A DNA stretch of 64,000 nt from a virus. The notes under the pieces are model-generated. The model made no database searches. It was given only the letters and a program-made list of their open reading frames with translations, and had not been told where the DNA came from. The stretch spans positions 1 through 64,000 of IMG/VR virus record IMGVR_UViG_3300005264_000010; one strand, given 5' to 3'. Of this stretch, positions 1 to 10,212 are shown piece after piece (within the stretch, counting starts at the first letter, position 1; each line of letters starts with the position of its first letter). A program made the translations under genes and the position numbers.

Positions 1-216
1 GGCAGGTATCCACATAAATGCCCAAATTGCAAATATGATATTAGGAAAGAACAACCAGAAGTTAACGAATCAGAAGATAAAGAAACTTATGAACAATTCT
101 TTAAAAAAGCATTAAAGAAATTTGGTGTTAAAGAACCAGATGAATTACATGGCGAAGATAAGAAAAATTTTTATTCTGATCTGGAGAAATGGGATGCAGA
201 AAATGAGAATGGTTAA
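1..216 (+). CDS. 5'-truncated ORF, probable T4-like head/prohead-associated protein
   Basis: Frame 1 is open to TAA at 214-216: GRYPHKCPNCK...YEQFFKKALKKFGVKEPDEL...KKNFY. This resembles a small motif I recall from T4-like head-region proteins. Not in the ORF track. Confidence 0.5.
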   Translation, partial: GRYPHKCPNCKYDIRKEQPEVNESEDKETYEQFFKKALKKFGVKEPDELHGEDKKNFYSDLEKWDAENENG

Positions 217-226
217 TCTATAAATA

Positions 227-307
227 TATTAAAGGGAATATGGTTCGCTACCTTTCAACTACCTTATTTAGTTGATAATTCCCTTTAATAATCTAATAAG
301 GAGATTA
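227..307 (+). ncRNA. Structured leader RNA A (three-way junction with anti-SD loop) upstream of endonuclease 310..1365
   Basis: P1 TATTAAAGGGAAT 227-239 pairs with ATTCCCTTTAATA 278-290. P2 is GGT-TCGCT-ACC. P3 TCAACTA/TAGTTGA has loop CCTTATT (262-268), complementary to AATAAGG (295-301), which overlaps the SD. Confidence 0.7.
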
Positions 308-309
308 GT

Positions 310-1365
310 ATGGAAAGAAAATTTAAGTGTGAATATTGTAATAAAGAATATAATAGCTCGACATATATAAGAACACATATATTACAAAAACACAAAGAAG
401 AGATAATATTTGACATAGCTAATAAATTACAATGTCAAGTTTGTGGATTAAAATTTAATAATAGTGATAATGAAAGAGATAATAAAATAGCTTTATCTAC
501 ACATATTAATAATAAGCATTGCTCAACTGAAGATTATAATTTAAAATATTATAATATTGAAAAGGAAGTTAGGGAAATTGAATGTGAGTTGTGTGGATTT
601 CTATCAAAGAGTAGTAGAGGATTAGGAAACCACCTATCATGTACTCATAATATAAAATGTAATAATCTAAATGTATTTATTTCTATATTAAATGGATATA
701 GAGATCATTGCTCTCCTAGTTGTGCAATGATAGATCCAAAAGTTAAAGATGAATATTTAAGAGTTCACGGTGTAAGTAATCCATTTCAAAGACGAGATGT
801 TATTGATAAAATATCAGATAATAAAAATAAAGATATTGACATAAACGGTCTAAATGGACACCAAAGAATTGGGAAGAAAAATAAAGAATGGGCTAATAAA
901 CAAACAGATGAATATTGGGAAGAAAAGATTGAAAGGAGTAGGAATACTTGTGTAGAAAGATATGGAGTTACTAATGCAATGCAAGATCCAGAAATTTCAG
1001 AAAGATGTAAAAAGAACTCTTATAAATGGAAAGAATATAAATTTCCATCAGGTAAAATTATAAAAGTTCAAGGATATGAAGATAAGGAATTAGATATATT
1101 ATTAGAAAGCTATGATGAGAATGAGATATTAAATAAGAGGTCTGAAGTTCCAGAAATATGGTATTATATGAAAGATGGAATGAAGAGAAGATACTTTCCA
1201 GATATGTATATAGAGAAAGATAATTTAATAATAGAAGTAAAATCAACATGGACAATAACGTTAGATAAAGAAAAAATAGAAGCAAAGAGAATGGCTTGCA
1301 TAGAAGCAGGTTATAATTTTAAGTTTATGATATTAGATAAGAAAGGTAAGATAGTAGATTTATAA
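310..1365 (+). CDS. Free-standing homing-endonuclease-like protein (C2H2/Zn fingers plus C-terminal PD-(D/E)XK nuclease)
   Basis: N-terminal CxxC...H..H fingers; C-terminal RYFPDMYIEKDNLIIEVKS; C-terminal domain closely similar to 50267..51436. Confidence 0.75.
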   Translation: MERKFKCEYCNKEYNSSTYIRTHILQKHKEEIIFDIANKLQCQVCGLKFNNSDNERDNKIALSTHINNKHCSTEDYNLKYYNIEKEVREIECELCGFLSKSSRGLGNHLSCTHNIKCNNLNVFISILNGYRDHCSPSCAMIDPKVKDEYLRVHGVSNPFQRRDVIDKISDNKNKDIDINGLNGHQRIGKKNKEWANKQTDEYWEEKIERSRNTCVERYGVTNAMQDPEISERCKKNSYKWKEYKFPSGKIIKVQGYEDKELDILLESYDENEILNKRSEVPEIWYYMKDGMKRRYFPDMYIEKDNLIIEVKSTWTITLDKEKIEAKRMACIEAGYNFKFMILDKKGKIVDL

Positions 1366-1396
1366 ATACAAATAAAATATAAATAGAGGTAATAAA

Positions 1397-1933
1397 ATGA
1401 TTGATATGAGTTTAAATACAATATCTCAAAAAATTGGGAACCCACTTAGGACAAATAGATTTTACGCAGACTTCCCCGCTTTCGATGGAAGTGGAATAGA
1501 GGAAGATGTAACATTTTTCTTGAACTCGATTTCGACACCCACAAAGACTATTGGGGAAATTAAGATCTTCTGGCAAGGTTTATCATTAAATGTGCCTGGA
1601 GATTGTACTTATTCGCCAATAACACTAACATTTATGACTGATGAGGCACTTTCAGCTTATAATTACTTTCAATTATGGCAATCTTTAGTAATTGATGACT
1701 TGACAAATTCAAGAGGTAAATTATCAGATGTTAAAAAAGGTATTGATTTACACCAATTAGCAGATAATGGAGCAGTTAAAGCAACTTGGTTTATGAATGG
1801 TATGTTTCCAACCGAAGTTGGTGAAGTTTCATTTGATAGAGAAGGTGCTGACACAGTAGGAACATTTACAGTAAATATGGCTTTTGATAATTTTACATTT
1901 AGTCAATCTAATGCTAGTAATATAATAGCTTAA
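1397..1933 (+). CDS. T4 gp19-like tail tube protein
   Basis: RTNRFY, TKTIGEIKI..G..L.VPGD.TYSPITLTF, FPTEVGEVSFD motifs; late promoter TATAAATA at 1361-1368. Confidence 0.85.
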   Translation: MIDMSLNTISQKIGNPLRTNRFYADFPAFDGSGIEEDVTFFLNSISTPTKTIGEIKIFWQGLSLNVPGDCTYSPITLTFMTDEALSAYNYFQLWQSLVIDDLTNSRGKLSDVKKGIDLHQLADNGAVKATWFMNGMFPTEVGEVSFDREGADTVGTFTVNMAFDNFTFSQSNASNIIA

Positions 1934-1944
1934 AGGAGATTATA

Positions 1945-2586
1945 ATGAGTTTACTTATAGAAGTAGCAAGTCCAGAATTTATCACATCTAGTAATTTGAT
2001 AAATGAATCGACTAAAGAAAAAGAATGGTTTATTGAAGGGATATATACTACTGCTGAAGAACAAAATAGAAATGGTAGAAAATATCCAAAACATATATTA
2101 GAAAGAGAAATTGCAAACTATAATAAAATGTTTGTTGAAACAAAAACTGCTTATGGGGAATTGTTACACCCACAAAGTTCAGAAATAAATACTGATAGAG
2201 TTTCACACTTGATTAAAGAATTGCATTGGGATGGAAATCATGTAATGGGAAAAGCAATTATATTAGATACTCCATCTGGACAAATAATTCAAGGAATGTT
2301 GAAAGGTGGTGGTGTTGTTGGTGTTAGTTCAAGAGCCCAAGGTTCAGTTAAAGGTGGTTATGTTCAAGAAGATTTATCTCTTAAATGCTGGGACATAGTT
2401 CTTAATCCTTCTAATTTAGGATCTATGATGAATATTATTAGAGAAGAAGAAGACCTACTATTAAAAGCTGGTGGAAATGAGCAATTGATAGATGTACTTA
2501 GGAAAGATATAAATACTAATAAGATAATGAGAAAACAATTCAACGAAGAAGTAATAAATAGATTTAAACAATTATTTACTAAATAA
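1945..2586 (+). CDS. Prohead protease (T4 gp21-like)
   Basis: IEGIY..AE..NRNGRKYP, GELLHP, VSHLI, DTPSG, GVSSRAQGS, WDIVLNPS motifs. Confidence 0.95.
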   Translation: MSLLIEVASPEFITSSNLINESTKEKEWFIEGIYTTAEEQNRNGRKYPKHILEREIANYNKMFVETKTAYGELLHPQSSEINTDRVSHLIKELHWDGNHVMGKAIILDTPSGQIIQGMLKGGGVVGVSSRAQGSVKGGYVQEDLSLKCWDIVLNPSNLGSMMNIIREEEDLLLKAGGNEQLIDVLRKDINTNKIMRKQFNEEVINRFKQLFTK

Positions 2587-2600
2587 AAGGATAAATAAAA

Positions 2601-2873
2601 ATAAAAACGATTAGAGAATTTGTAAATGAAGCACAGTATATAGATATTAATTACGCTTTAAAGGATATAAAAGATTACAATAGAAGTAGAAAAAGCGATA
2701 GTGATTGGAATGAATTAGCTCAAAGTGTAGTTAAAAACTTAGGATATAAACCTACAAAGAATAATATTGAGAATACTCAAGATCATCTAAGGTTTAGTAG
2801 CGATGATAATGGTGATGATAGAATAATTGTTGATAAAGATGTAGTTAGAGAATTGTATAGTATATTAAAATAA
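2601..2873 (+). CDS. Unannotated 90-aa ORF with ATA start and a capsid-targeting-like leader
   Basis: AAGGA SD followed by ATA AAA ACG ATT AGA GAA TTT GTA AAT GAA = (I/M)KTIREFVNEA; open to TAA at 2871-2873. Confidence 0.6.
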   Translation: MKTIREFVNEAQYIDINYALKDIKDYNRSRKSDSDWNELAQSVVKNLGYKPTKNNIENTQDHLRFSSDDNGDDRIIVDKDVVRELYSILK

Positions 2874-2893
2874 TGAAAATAAGGAAATTAGAA

Positions 2894-3157
2894 ATGAAAA
2901 CAATTAGAGAATTTATAAATGAAAGCGATTCTGTTGTATTAGTAGGAATTAATTCAATGAATCCATCTCATAGTAAGCAAGTTAAACAAATACAATCAGT
3001 ATTAAAATCATTTCCTGATACTGTATATGATAATGTGATTAAGAAGAGTAGTGGATCTTTTGTAAGTATAACTGTTAAAGATGAAATTAAAGCTAATCTT
3101 ATACAATATCTAAGAAATGTTAAAAATAAAGTAGATGGATGGGATATTTTATCATAA
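2894..3157 (+). CDS. Small putative internal head protein (MKTIREFINES...)
   Basis: True start is probably ATG 2894 after AAGGA; the leader resembles the T4 IP capsid-targeting sequence. Confidence 0.6.
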   Translation: MKTIREFINESDSVVLVGINSMNPSHSKQVKQIQSVLKSFPDTVYDNVIKKSSGSFVSITVKDEIKANLIQYLRNVKNKVDGWDILS

Positions 3158-3216
3158 ATATAAAAGGGTAGTAAATTAATCAATAAACAATAAAAAATAA
3201 ATAGGAGATCATTAAA

Positions 3217-3993
3217 ATGATTAAAACAGAATTGAAGGAATTACTTCAAAAACATGACTCTGAAATATTTACAGATGAACTTGTAGAAAGTGTAACAGAT
3301 GTGTTGCAAACTACAATTGACACTGAAGTAAATGAAAGAGTTAGAGTAATTCAAGATGAAAAAGAACAAGAAGTATCTGATTTAAAAGAATCAATAGAAG
3401 AAAAATCAATACAATTTGAGGATGTGAATGAAGAAAAGATGGAAAAAATAGTAAGCGCCCTTTCAAAAATGATGGATGAAACTATTGAAGAATTATTTGA
3501 ATCAAACAAAGTGGATTATGAAAATGTAGCTATTGTGAATGAAGCTATTGAAATTCATAAAACAAATAAACAATTAGCTGAAAAGTATCATATCTCAGTT
3601 GATGGTCTTGAAGAAGATATGTCATCTAAGAAAAAATTATCAGAAGCTAAAGAAATGTATAATGAGTTATATCAAGCACACGAAGAATTGAATGATAAAA
3701 TTGATACTTACTCACAAATACAGATTGTTAATAAAGTTACTGAAGGAATGACATCTATTCAAAAAGATGACTTACTATCTTTAACTAGTTCTTTAAATGA
3801 AAGTGATATTACATCTTTCGAAGAGAAAGTTGAAAATATTAAGAAAGTAATTTTAAAGGAAAGTAACGAAAGACCAGTTAGAAGATTAAATGAAACAGAA
3901 GTAGATGATATCAATACATTAAATGAAGATGTAGATGAAGAAACTGATGTAAGTAAGAAAGTAAAAACATATAATATGTTTGGACCTAAATAA
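3217..3993 (+). CDS. Prohead core scaffold protein (gp22-like)
   Basis: Acidic coiled-coil between gp21 and gp23; many L/I-x-E sites; VTEGMTSIQKD motif. Confidence 0.8.
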   Translation: MIKTELKELLQKHDSEIFTDELVESVTDVLQTTIDTEVNERVRVIQDEKEQEVSDLKESIEEKSIQFEDVNEEKMEKIVSALSKMMDETIEELFESNKVDYENVAIVNEAIEIHKTNKQLAEKYHISVDGLEEDMSSKKKLSEAKEMYNELYQAHEELNDKIDTYSQIQIVNKVTEGMTSIQKDDLLSLTSSLNESDITSFEEKVENIKKVILKESNERPVRRLNETEVDDINTLNEDVDEETDVSKKVKTYNMFGPK

Positions 3994-4040
3994 TTTATAA
4001 ATAATAAATAACAACAAAAATAATATGGAGAATCATAAAA

Positions 4041-5245
4041 ATGATTACAAATGCAAACACAAACACAGATAAAGTTTTAGAGTATAAAACTGAATCTATG
4101 AGATTGTTAGAGGCTCATACAGAAATAATTGAATCTCAACATTACTCAAAATTAGATGAAAAAATGAAAGCACCTACTGCTTTTTTAATTGAAAATACTG
4201 AAACTTGGTTAAATGAAGATGCTAACTTACATGGTGATTTACAGTATTACAAAGAAATGTTAGTACCTATAGTTATATTAAAGTTGCTGCCGGTGGTGGT
4301 AATGATCTTGCAAAGATTGTTTTTAAAGAGCAAACTACAGGTGGAATGAAACTATTAGTTAAGATTGAAGATGGTGAAGCTTTACCTGCAACTGGAACTG
4401 TATGGGTTACTGGACCAAATGCTGATTTAGAAATGACTAATATTTGGAATAACGAATTAGGTAGAAGTGTTATTTTATCTACTTATGGTGGTCCGATGTC
4501 GACATCTGAAGGTGAATTACTAAATGACTGGCAAACAGTTAAATTATCACTTGAAGCTGTTAATATTACTGCTATTTCTCACAAGTTAGCTTTTGAACTT
4601 TCACAAGAAACAATTACTGATCTTGCAAGAAGAACTGGCGATGATGCAAAGAAGAGATTAGTTGGTGCAATTAACTGGCAATTAGCAATGACTGTTAATA
4701 GAAAGTTATTTAATTTGATTTCAAGCTCAGCTGAAACTGGAAGTGAGTGGTTATATTCTGGAGCTGATGGTAGAATGGAATCTGAGAAGCTATTAGGTCT
4801 TAGAAGAAAGATTAAATGGGAACAAAATAGAATTGGTGTTAAGACACAAAAAGGTAGAGCAAATTATGGTATCGTTACACCTGCTGTTGGTACTGTATTA
4901 GAAATGCAGCCTGGATTCGCTAAAAATATTGCTGATGAAGGTGGAGATCAAGCTGGTATTATTAAGATTGGATCTTTAGATGGAATTACTTATTACCAAA
5001 CTACTATGGATGGTGAAGCTGGTGATTTTGTTATACTTGGTTATAAAGGTGCTGAAGAGCATGAGAGTGGAGTTTTTTATTGTCCTATGGTACCATTGTT
5101 AGTTAGTAAAGCTAATGACTTTGATAATCCAGAAAGACAGAAAGTTGCTTTCTCTCAAAGAGCTGGTTATACTCCAAATCCTTATGGAGCGGAAAGATAC
5201 ATCACTTACTTCGATGTGACTCTCACTGGATCAAGTATTAAGTAG
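4041..5245 (+). CDS. Major capsid protein (gp23-like), interrupted by an apparent deletion/frameshift near 4271-4274
   Basis: ORFs 4041..4349 and 4346..5245 are gp23 halves (TAFLIENTE; SQETITDL; GRANYGIVTP; GYKG..E.ESGVFYCPMVP). The conserved RR..P.LIA.D..GVQP..GPTG block is missing. Confidence 0.85.
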
Positions 5246-5278
5246 TAAATAACTTATAATATTAAGTTATAGTATATT

Positions 5279-5315
5279 AAAAAGACTTCAATTAGAAATG
5301 ATTGAAGTCTTTTTT
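5279..5315 (+). terminator. Rho-independent terminator after the capsid gene
   Basis: AAAAAGACTTCAATT-AGAAAT-GATTGAAGTCTTTTTT. Confidence 0.85.
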
Positions 5316-5460
5316 ATTATGGTTTATAATAGAGTGTTAAATAACTTAATAATATATATTATGTTTTAATAAAAAAGAAATTAGAGAGTAATAAAATAAT
5401 TTATTGACATAACAGAATTTTATAGTTATATTACTTTTAAATTTTAAAAGGAGTAATAAA

Positions 5461-6330
5461 ATGAAAGTAAAACATAATGTAGATTATTTGACTGAAGAAA
5501 AATTAGGATTATTTCTAACTAAACTATATCCAAATAATAATTTTATTCATAATAAGAAAGTTCCTAATAGTAATATATTAAATAGACCAGACTTTAGATG
5601 TGATGAGTTAATGATAATAGTAGAATTTGATGGATATCAGCATTTTACTATAGCTAAAAATATAACTATTGATAGAATGAAGGATGAAGTATATTCTAAA
5701 ATGGGTTATAAAATAATAAGAATACCTTATTTTATACAACTATCAACTACTAACATTAAATATTTCTTTAACTTAGATTATGAATATAATCAAACTTATT
5801 TAAATGGATTTATAGATAGTAAAGCTATACTTCCTGCTGATTTTTGTGAATTAGGAGAAATTCTATTTGAAGATATTTTAGTATATTTACCAACAGATAC
5901 TTTATATGAGATAATGTATTCTTTAACAAATAAATATGAATTTATAATGAATAAGCTTAAAGTAAATAATCATCTCTATATATTTGATTGTATATATAAT
6001 AAGAGATTAGCTAGCTTTCTTTATATAATAAATGAAGATTTCTTATCCTATGTAAGTAAATATTTAATTGATAAAGAAGAATTATTAGTACATATAAATT
6101 TAGAGTTTGGGTATTCATTATTTGTTACTATAAGTATAGAAGATAGTGAAAATGTAGAAGATGTTATTGATGAACTCTATGATATAGAAATAGACGATAT
6201 AAATACTTACGAAATATTTAATCCTATAGAAGATAAAGAAATAGATAAATTCACATTATTTGGTTTATACTCATTTGGTGATATAATTAATATAACCGAT
6301 GATGATATAAAATATTTATTCGATAAGTAA
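5461..6330 (+). CDS. Vsr/DUF559-like PD-(D/E)XK endonuclease with C-terminal extension
   Basis: RPDFRCDELMIIVEFDGYQHF...KDEVYSKMGYKIIRIPY; early promoter at 5404-5432. Confidence 0.7.
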   Translation: MKVKHNVDYLTEEKLGLFLTKLYPNNNFIHNKKVPNSNILNRPDFRCDELMIIVEFDGYQHFTIAKNITIDRMKDEVYSKMGYKIIRIPYFIQLSTTNIKYFFNLDYEYNQTYLNGFIDSKAILPADFCELGEILFEDILVYLPTDTLYEIMYSLTNKYEFIMNKLKVNNHLYIFDCIYNKRLASFLYIINEDFLSYVSKYLIDKEELLVHINLEFGYSLFVTISIEDSENVEDVIDELYDIEIDDINTYEIFNPIEDKEIDKFTLFGLYSFGDIINITDDDIKYLFDK

Positions 6331-6384
6331 TATATAAATATAAATACAAATACAAATACAAATAAAAACTAAACAAGGATTTAT

Positions 6385-9300
6385 ATGTCTACATTAAAAG
6401 ATTTTCTAAGAGTTAATATCAATGAACATTCATTATTTGATGATAATGATAGTAAAGAAGTAACAGAGTTCCTAAATGATAAAAAACTAATACTAGATAC
6501 TTTCTATATTAATTTTATTGGTTTTTTATCTTTACTTCAAATGGATCATCACGAGAAAGTAACTCAATATTTCAAAAAAGATAAAAAATTACAAATTAGG
6601 AGTATAACATCTGAAAATAATGATATTAGTTATATACTAAAAATTATTAGTGATAAAGGATATTTTACTACTAGATCAATTACTCAAATAACTAAATTAT
6701 TATTTATGATTAAGAGTGGTAAGATAAAAGATGTTGATGAGAATAAGATAAGAGATATACTACAATTTTTAAAAATTGATCAACATAAACCTAATGCTAA
6801 AATTAAAACTATTGTATCTAAATTTATATCTAGTGAGGAAACAATACTACTAACTTCTCTTAATTTATATAAATATGCTAGGAAGAATAAGATTTCTATT
6901 GAGTTCACAGATATATTTAGAAAAACTGCTAAATTTAAAAATGTAGATCTTGATGCTATAGATCTTGATGATAAGAAAAGTAAGGATGTTGATACTACTA
7001 TAAATATTCCTGATAAAGCTGATGATAGTATTGTTGATGTAGGAGTTACTAAACCAAAAAAGAAACTTAGTAAAAAAGCCCAAATACAAGCAGAAATAGA
7101 TGATGAAGATTTACCTACACTTAATGGTAGTATGACTTATGATACTAAAGAAAGATATCAAATACTTAAAAGTATATTAGGTAAGAGCGATAATTATAGA
7201 AAATCTATAATGAAGTTATATGCACTAAAGAAAGAAGATTTTACTACTGAATATTTTGAAGAGTTCTATAGAGATAGAATTAAATTAACAAAAAGTGATT
7301 TAGATATACTTAATAAAATATATGCTAAGAAGAATTCATATTGGTATATTAAGTATTATATTATTTTCACCAGTAATTCATTTGCTCAAGATAAAGAAGC
7401 CCATGATAAACTATCAACTAAACAATTAGATGTATATAATATGAGTATTAGTTATGAGACAGGTAAATATTATAGAAAAGGATACCAATTTTCTTCAGAT
7501 ATTAGTGTTAATAATGATATTAGAGAAAGAATATATGAGAAACTAAAAAATGAAAATTCTTCAGATTATTATAAGTTTATGACAGATTGGGGTTTATTAC
7601 AGAAATATATAGTTGATAAAATTAATAGTAATTCATCTTGGGATGATGCTATCTTATTTATTAGTATGGGTATGCTGTTGAGTAATTATATTCAATCATA
7701 TGGGTATGCCACTTTAAGTAATGAAGAAGAAAATCTAATAAACTATATATCTGATCATGCACCTCAGTTATTAATAAAAACTTCATATAAAAATAAAATA
7801 AAAGATATCTCAATTTTCACAATAGATGAATTTGTAGATTTCTTATTTGGTAAGGACTATGATCAAAATCAATTGCCTGTGGATATGATTGAAGTAAATA
7901 AAACTAACTATACATGGGATATTATATTTGAAATATATAACGGTAGAGATATAGTTGTTAATAAAATAGTAAAAAAGTATGTGCAAACTTACTATAATAG
8001 TCTTAAAATTAATTCTTTTTTGGAAAAATTTGATTGGAAATTTGATAATGAGTTTTTAAAGGATGGTAATAAAGGAGTAAATCTAGAAAATATAGATATA
8101 ATCTTATCATCTGAAAAATATACTAATGTACTTGACTGTGAGTTATGGATAGATAGATTAAGTGAATCTAATTCTAGAAATAAAATAAATATTTTAAAAG
8201 AATATATTATACAAAAGAAACTTCATCTAATAGTAGATAAATTTAGTAGGGATATGTACTTGAGTAGTTTTATTTATGAATTAGGAGAGATAGAAGTAAA
8301 TAAATACTATAGTAATATTGAGCTATTAGAATTATTTCAAAAATTTGAAGATTTTGGATTATATGAATTAGAAAAATTACTTACACTCCTATTATATACT
8401 GATGATGACGTTATTGATGATAAAGAATGTAATATAATATATAACTGGGATATGGTAAAAGACTCCTACAATAGTAATAATATATTTAATTATGCTGGCT
8501 ATATTACAAACAAAAGTCTAATTTATTATATTAATAAAAAATTAGAAGATAAGATAGATGATGTTGAAAATAATGATTATATTAAGAATCTTTTCTTTCT
8601 TCGATATTTAGTAGATGAAGGTAAATCTGAAAAGGCTTTAGAAATTTTTCACAAATATATAATTACTATTGAAGCTATGTATTATTTGCATGAATTTAAA
8701 TTAGAATTTATTTTTAGTGTTGATATAATAAAAAATGATAAAAAAGTGAGTGATTGGATAGAAAAAGGTATTCGTGATTGGATATCAAGTGGGAGTATAT
8801 ACTCAATAAATCATGATGTATTAATTAAAGAAAAATTTGATATTATTAAAGAAGAATTCCTAAAAATTATTAATCCTGATTCTAGTGAACTAACTATAAG
8901 TATGGATAAATCCGATCTAGATATATTTATTAGTGTAGTAGAAAATAATAAAGAGAAATTCTCTGATGATGAGCTTAATTTATTATTTTCTAATCCTAGA
9001 ATATTTAAAGAAATTCGCAATAATGCAACTTTTGAAAATTTACTGAAAGAAGGTATATCAATAAGGGAAGATATTAAAATCCAGAAAAAAGATTTTGATG
9101 CTATGTTAAAATTTAATAATATTGATATTAATACTAGATTATTAAGAAAAAAGAAGAATGAAAAACCGCTAGATTATCTTGCTAGAAGTTCAAAGGTTAC
9201 TGATATTAAATTACCAGATGTACAAATTGATGAGGTTGAAGAAACTGAAGCTGAAAGGATGACACAATCATATAAACTATATGATAAATATCATTCTCAT

Positions 9301-10080
9301 GGTAGACATGGTAATACAACATTTAAAATATTAAAAACATATAATGTCAATTTACCCACTGAAGAGTTTGACCAATTTAGATTAGATAATCCAGATAGTG
9401 TAATGAAACCGGGATTTCATGGAACTGGAGATATTGGAGCCGCTTTCATATTAAGAACTGGATTTGCTGTATTACCATCAAGTGATAGATCAGTAACTGG
9501 TAGAATGTTAGGTGACGGTATTTATTTCTCAGATGTAATTGATAAAGTACAACAATATGTTGGTGATAACGGAATGACTAGGAATTGGGGTTCTAAAGGA
9601 TATGTATTTGAAATGGATGTTAATTTAGGTGTTGAGGGAGAAGATTATGAACAACAGAGTCAGGGTTTAGTATCCGCAGAGTGGGTTGTGAAAAATGCAA
9701 ATAAACAACTAAAAATATTAAAAGCATATAGAGTTGAATTAGTTTCACCAAGCTATATAGAACAATTTAAACCTAATATAAATGAATCATTAGAAACAGC
9801 TAAACAATTATTGGAGAAGAAAATGAAAACCTCATACTACAAATATACATTTATTGATGGTAAAATACCAATTAGTAAAAATAAAAGTATAGATTTTGAA
9901 GATGTAAAATTATTAGATAAAAGAGTTAGGATTGACTATAGTCAAAATGGTCCTGTATTAGTTATACCTATAGAGTTTGATATGGATAAGTTTTTTAATA
10001 TTAAATATACTTCAGAGTTTATGAAAATGAAGAGTGAATTTCAGCAATATTTAAGACTAATAGATGGAAAAATAAAATAA
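6385..10080 (+). CDS. Large protein with a C-terminal PARP-type (H-Y-E) ADP-ribosyltransferase domain
   Basis: GFHGT (H at 9418), GRMLGDGIYFSDVIDKVQQY and SAEWVV align with PARP1 HGS, [20 protein letters not shown] and NEYIV; late promoter at 6333-6340. Confidence 0.8.
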   Translation: MSTLKDFLRVNINEHSLFDDNDSKEVTEFLNDKKLILDTFYINFIGFLSLLQMDHHEKVTQYFKKDKKLQIRSITSENNDISYILKIISDKGYFTTRSITQITKLLFMIKSGKIKDVDENKIRDILQFLKIDQHKPNAKIKTIVSKFISSEETILLTSLNLYKYARKNKISIEFTDIFRKTAKFKNVDLDAIDLDDKKSKDVDTTINIPDKADDSIVDVGVTKPKKKLSKKAQIQAEIDDEDLPTLNGSMTYDTKERYQILKSILGKSDNYRKSIMKLYALKKEDFTTEYFEEFYRDRIKLTKSDLDILNKIYAKKNSYWYIKYYIIFTSNSFAQDKEAHDKLSTKQLDVYNMSISYETGKYYRKGYQFSSDISVNNDIRERIYEKLKNENSSDYYKFMTDWGLLQKYIVDKINSNSSWDDAILFISMGMLLSNYIQSYGYATLSNEEENLINYISDHAPQLLIKTSYKNKIKDISIFTIDEFVDFLFGKDYDQNQLPVDMIEVNKTNYTWDIIFEIYNGRDIVVNKIVKKYVQTYYNSLKINSFLEKFDWKFDNEFLKDGNKGVNLENIDIILSSEKYTNVLDCELWIDRLSESNSRNKINILKEYIIQKKLHLIVDKFSRDMYLSSFIYELGEIEVNKYYSNIELLELFQKFEDFGLYELEKLLTLLLYTDDDVIDDKECNIIYNWDMVKDSYNSNNIFNYAGYITNKSLIYYINKKLEDKIDDVENNDYIKNLFFLRYLVDEGKSEKALEIFHKYIITIEAMYYLHEFKLEFIFSVDIIKNDKKVSDWIEKGIRDWISSGSIYSINHDVLIKEKFDIIKEEFLKIINPDSSELTISMDKSDLDIFISVVENNKEKFSDDELNLLFSNPRIFKEIRNNATFENLLKEGISIREDIKIQKKDFDAMLKFNNIDINTRLLRKKKNEKPLDYLARSSKVTDIKLPDVQIDEVEETEAERMTQSYKLYDKYHSHGRHGNTTFKILKTYNVNLPTEEFDQFRLDNPDSVMKPGFHGTGDIGAAFILRTGFAVLPSSDRSVTGRMLGDGIYFSDVIDKVQQYVGDNGMTRNWGSKGYVFEMDVNLGVEGEDYEQQSQGLVSAEWVVKNANKQLKILKAYRVELVSPSYIEQFKPNINESLETAKQLLEKKMKTSYYKYTFIDGKIPISKNKSIDFEDVKLLDKRVRIDYSQNGPVLVIPIEFDMDKFFNIKYTSEFMKMKSEFQQYLRLIDGKIK

Positions 10081-10096
10081 TATATTTTCCTATATT

Positions 10097-10132
10097 AAAA
10101 CCTCAATTAGAAATAATTGAGGTTTTTTTTTA
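10097..10132 (+). terminator. Rho-independent terminator
   Basis: AAAACCTCAATT-AGAAAT-AATTGAGGTTTTTTTT. Confidence 0.85.
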
Positions 10133-10150
10133 TTATATTTAAAATAAAGC

Positions 10151-10207
10151 TTGACATTATTAAGTTTTATACTTATATTGTAGTTGTAGGTTAATTTAAA
10201 AGGAGAA
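10151..10207 (+). promoter_or_regulatory. Representative early (sigma70-type) promoter/RBS cassette
   Basis: TTGACA-N17-TATATT then GTAGTTGTAGGTTAATTTAAAAGGAGAA. Equivalent promoters on + at 5404, 14876, 17711, 20781, 24890, 29047 and on - at 38642, 41082, 44477, 53201, 56569, 63015. Confidence 0.85.
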
Positions 10208-10212
10208 CAAAA

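Noticed and set aside
227-307. Leader RNAs as hammerhead/twister ribozymes or preQ1 riboswitches
   Set aside because: There is no CUGANGA/GAAA core or twister consensus. The P2 loops superficially resemble preQ1-I loops but lack the A-rich tail and queuosine gene context. A formal Rfam scan is still needed.
4238-4349. Programmed frameshift producing a functional capsid protein
   Set aside because: No canonical slippery heptamer, and a universally conserved gp23 block would still be missing
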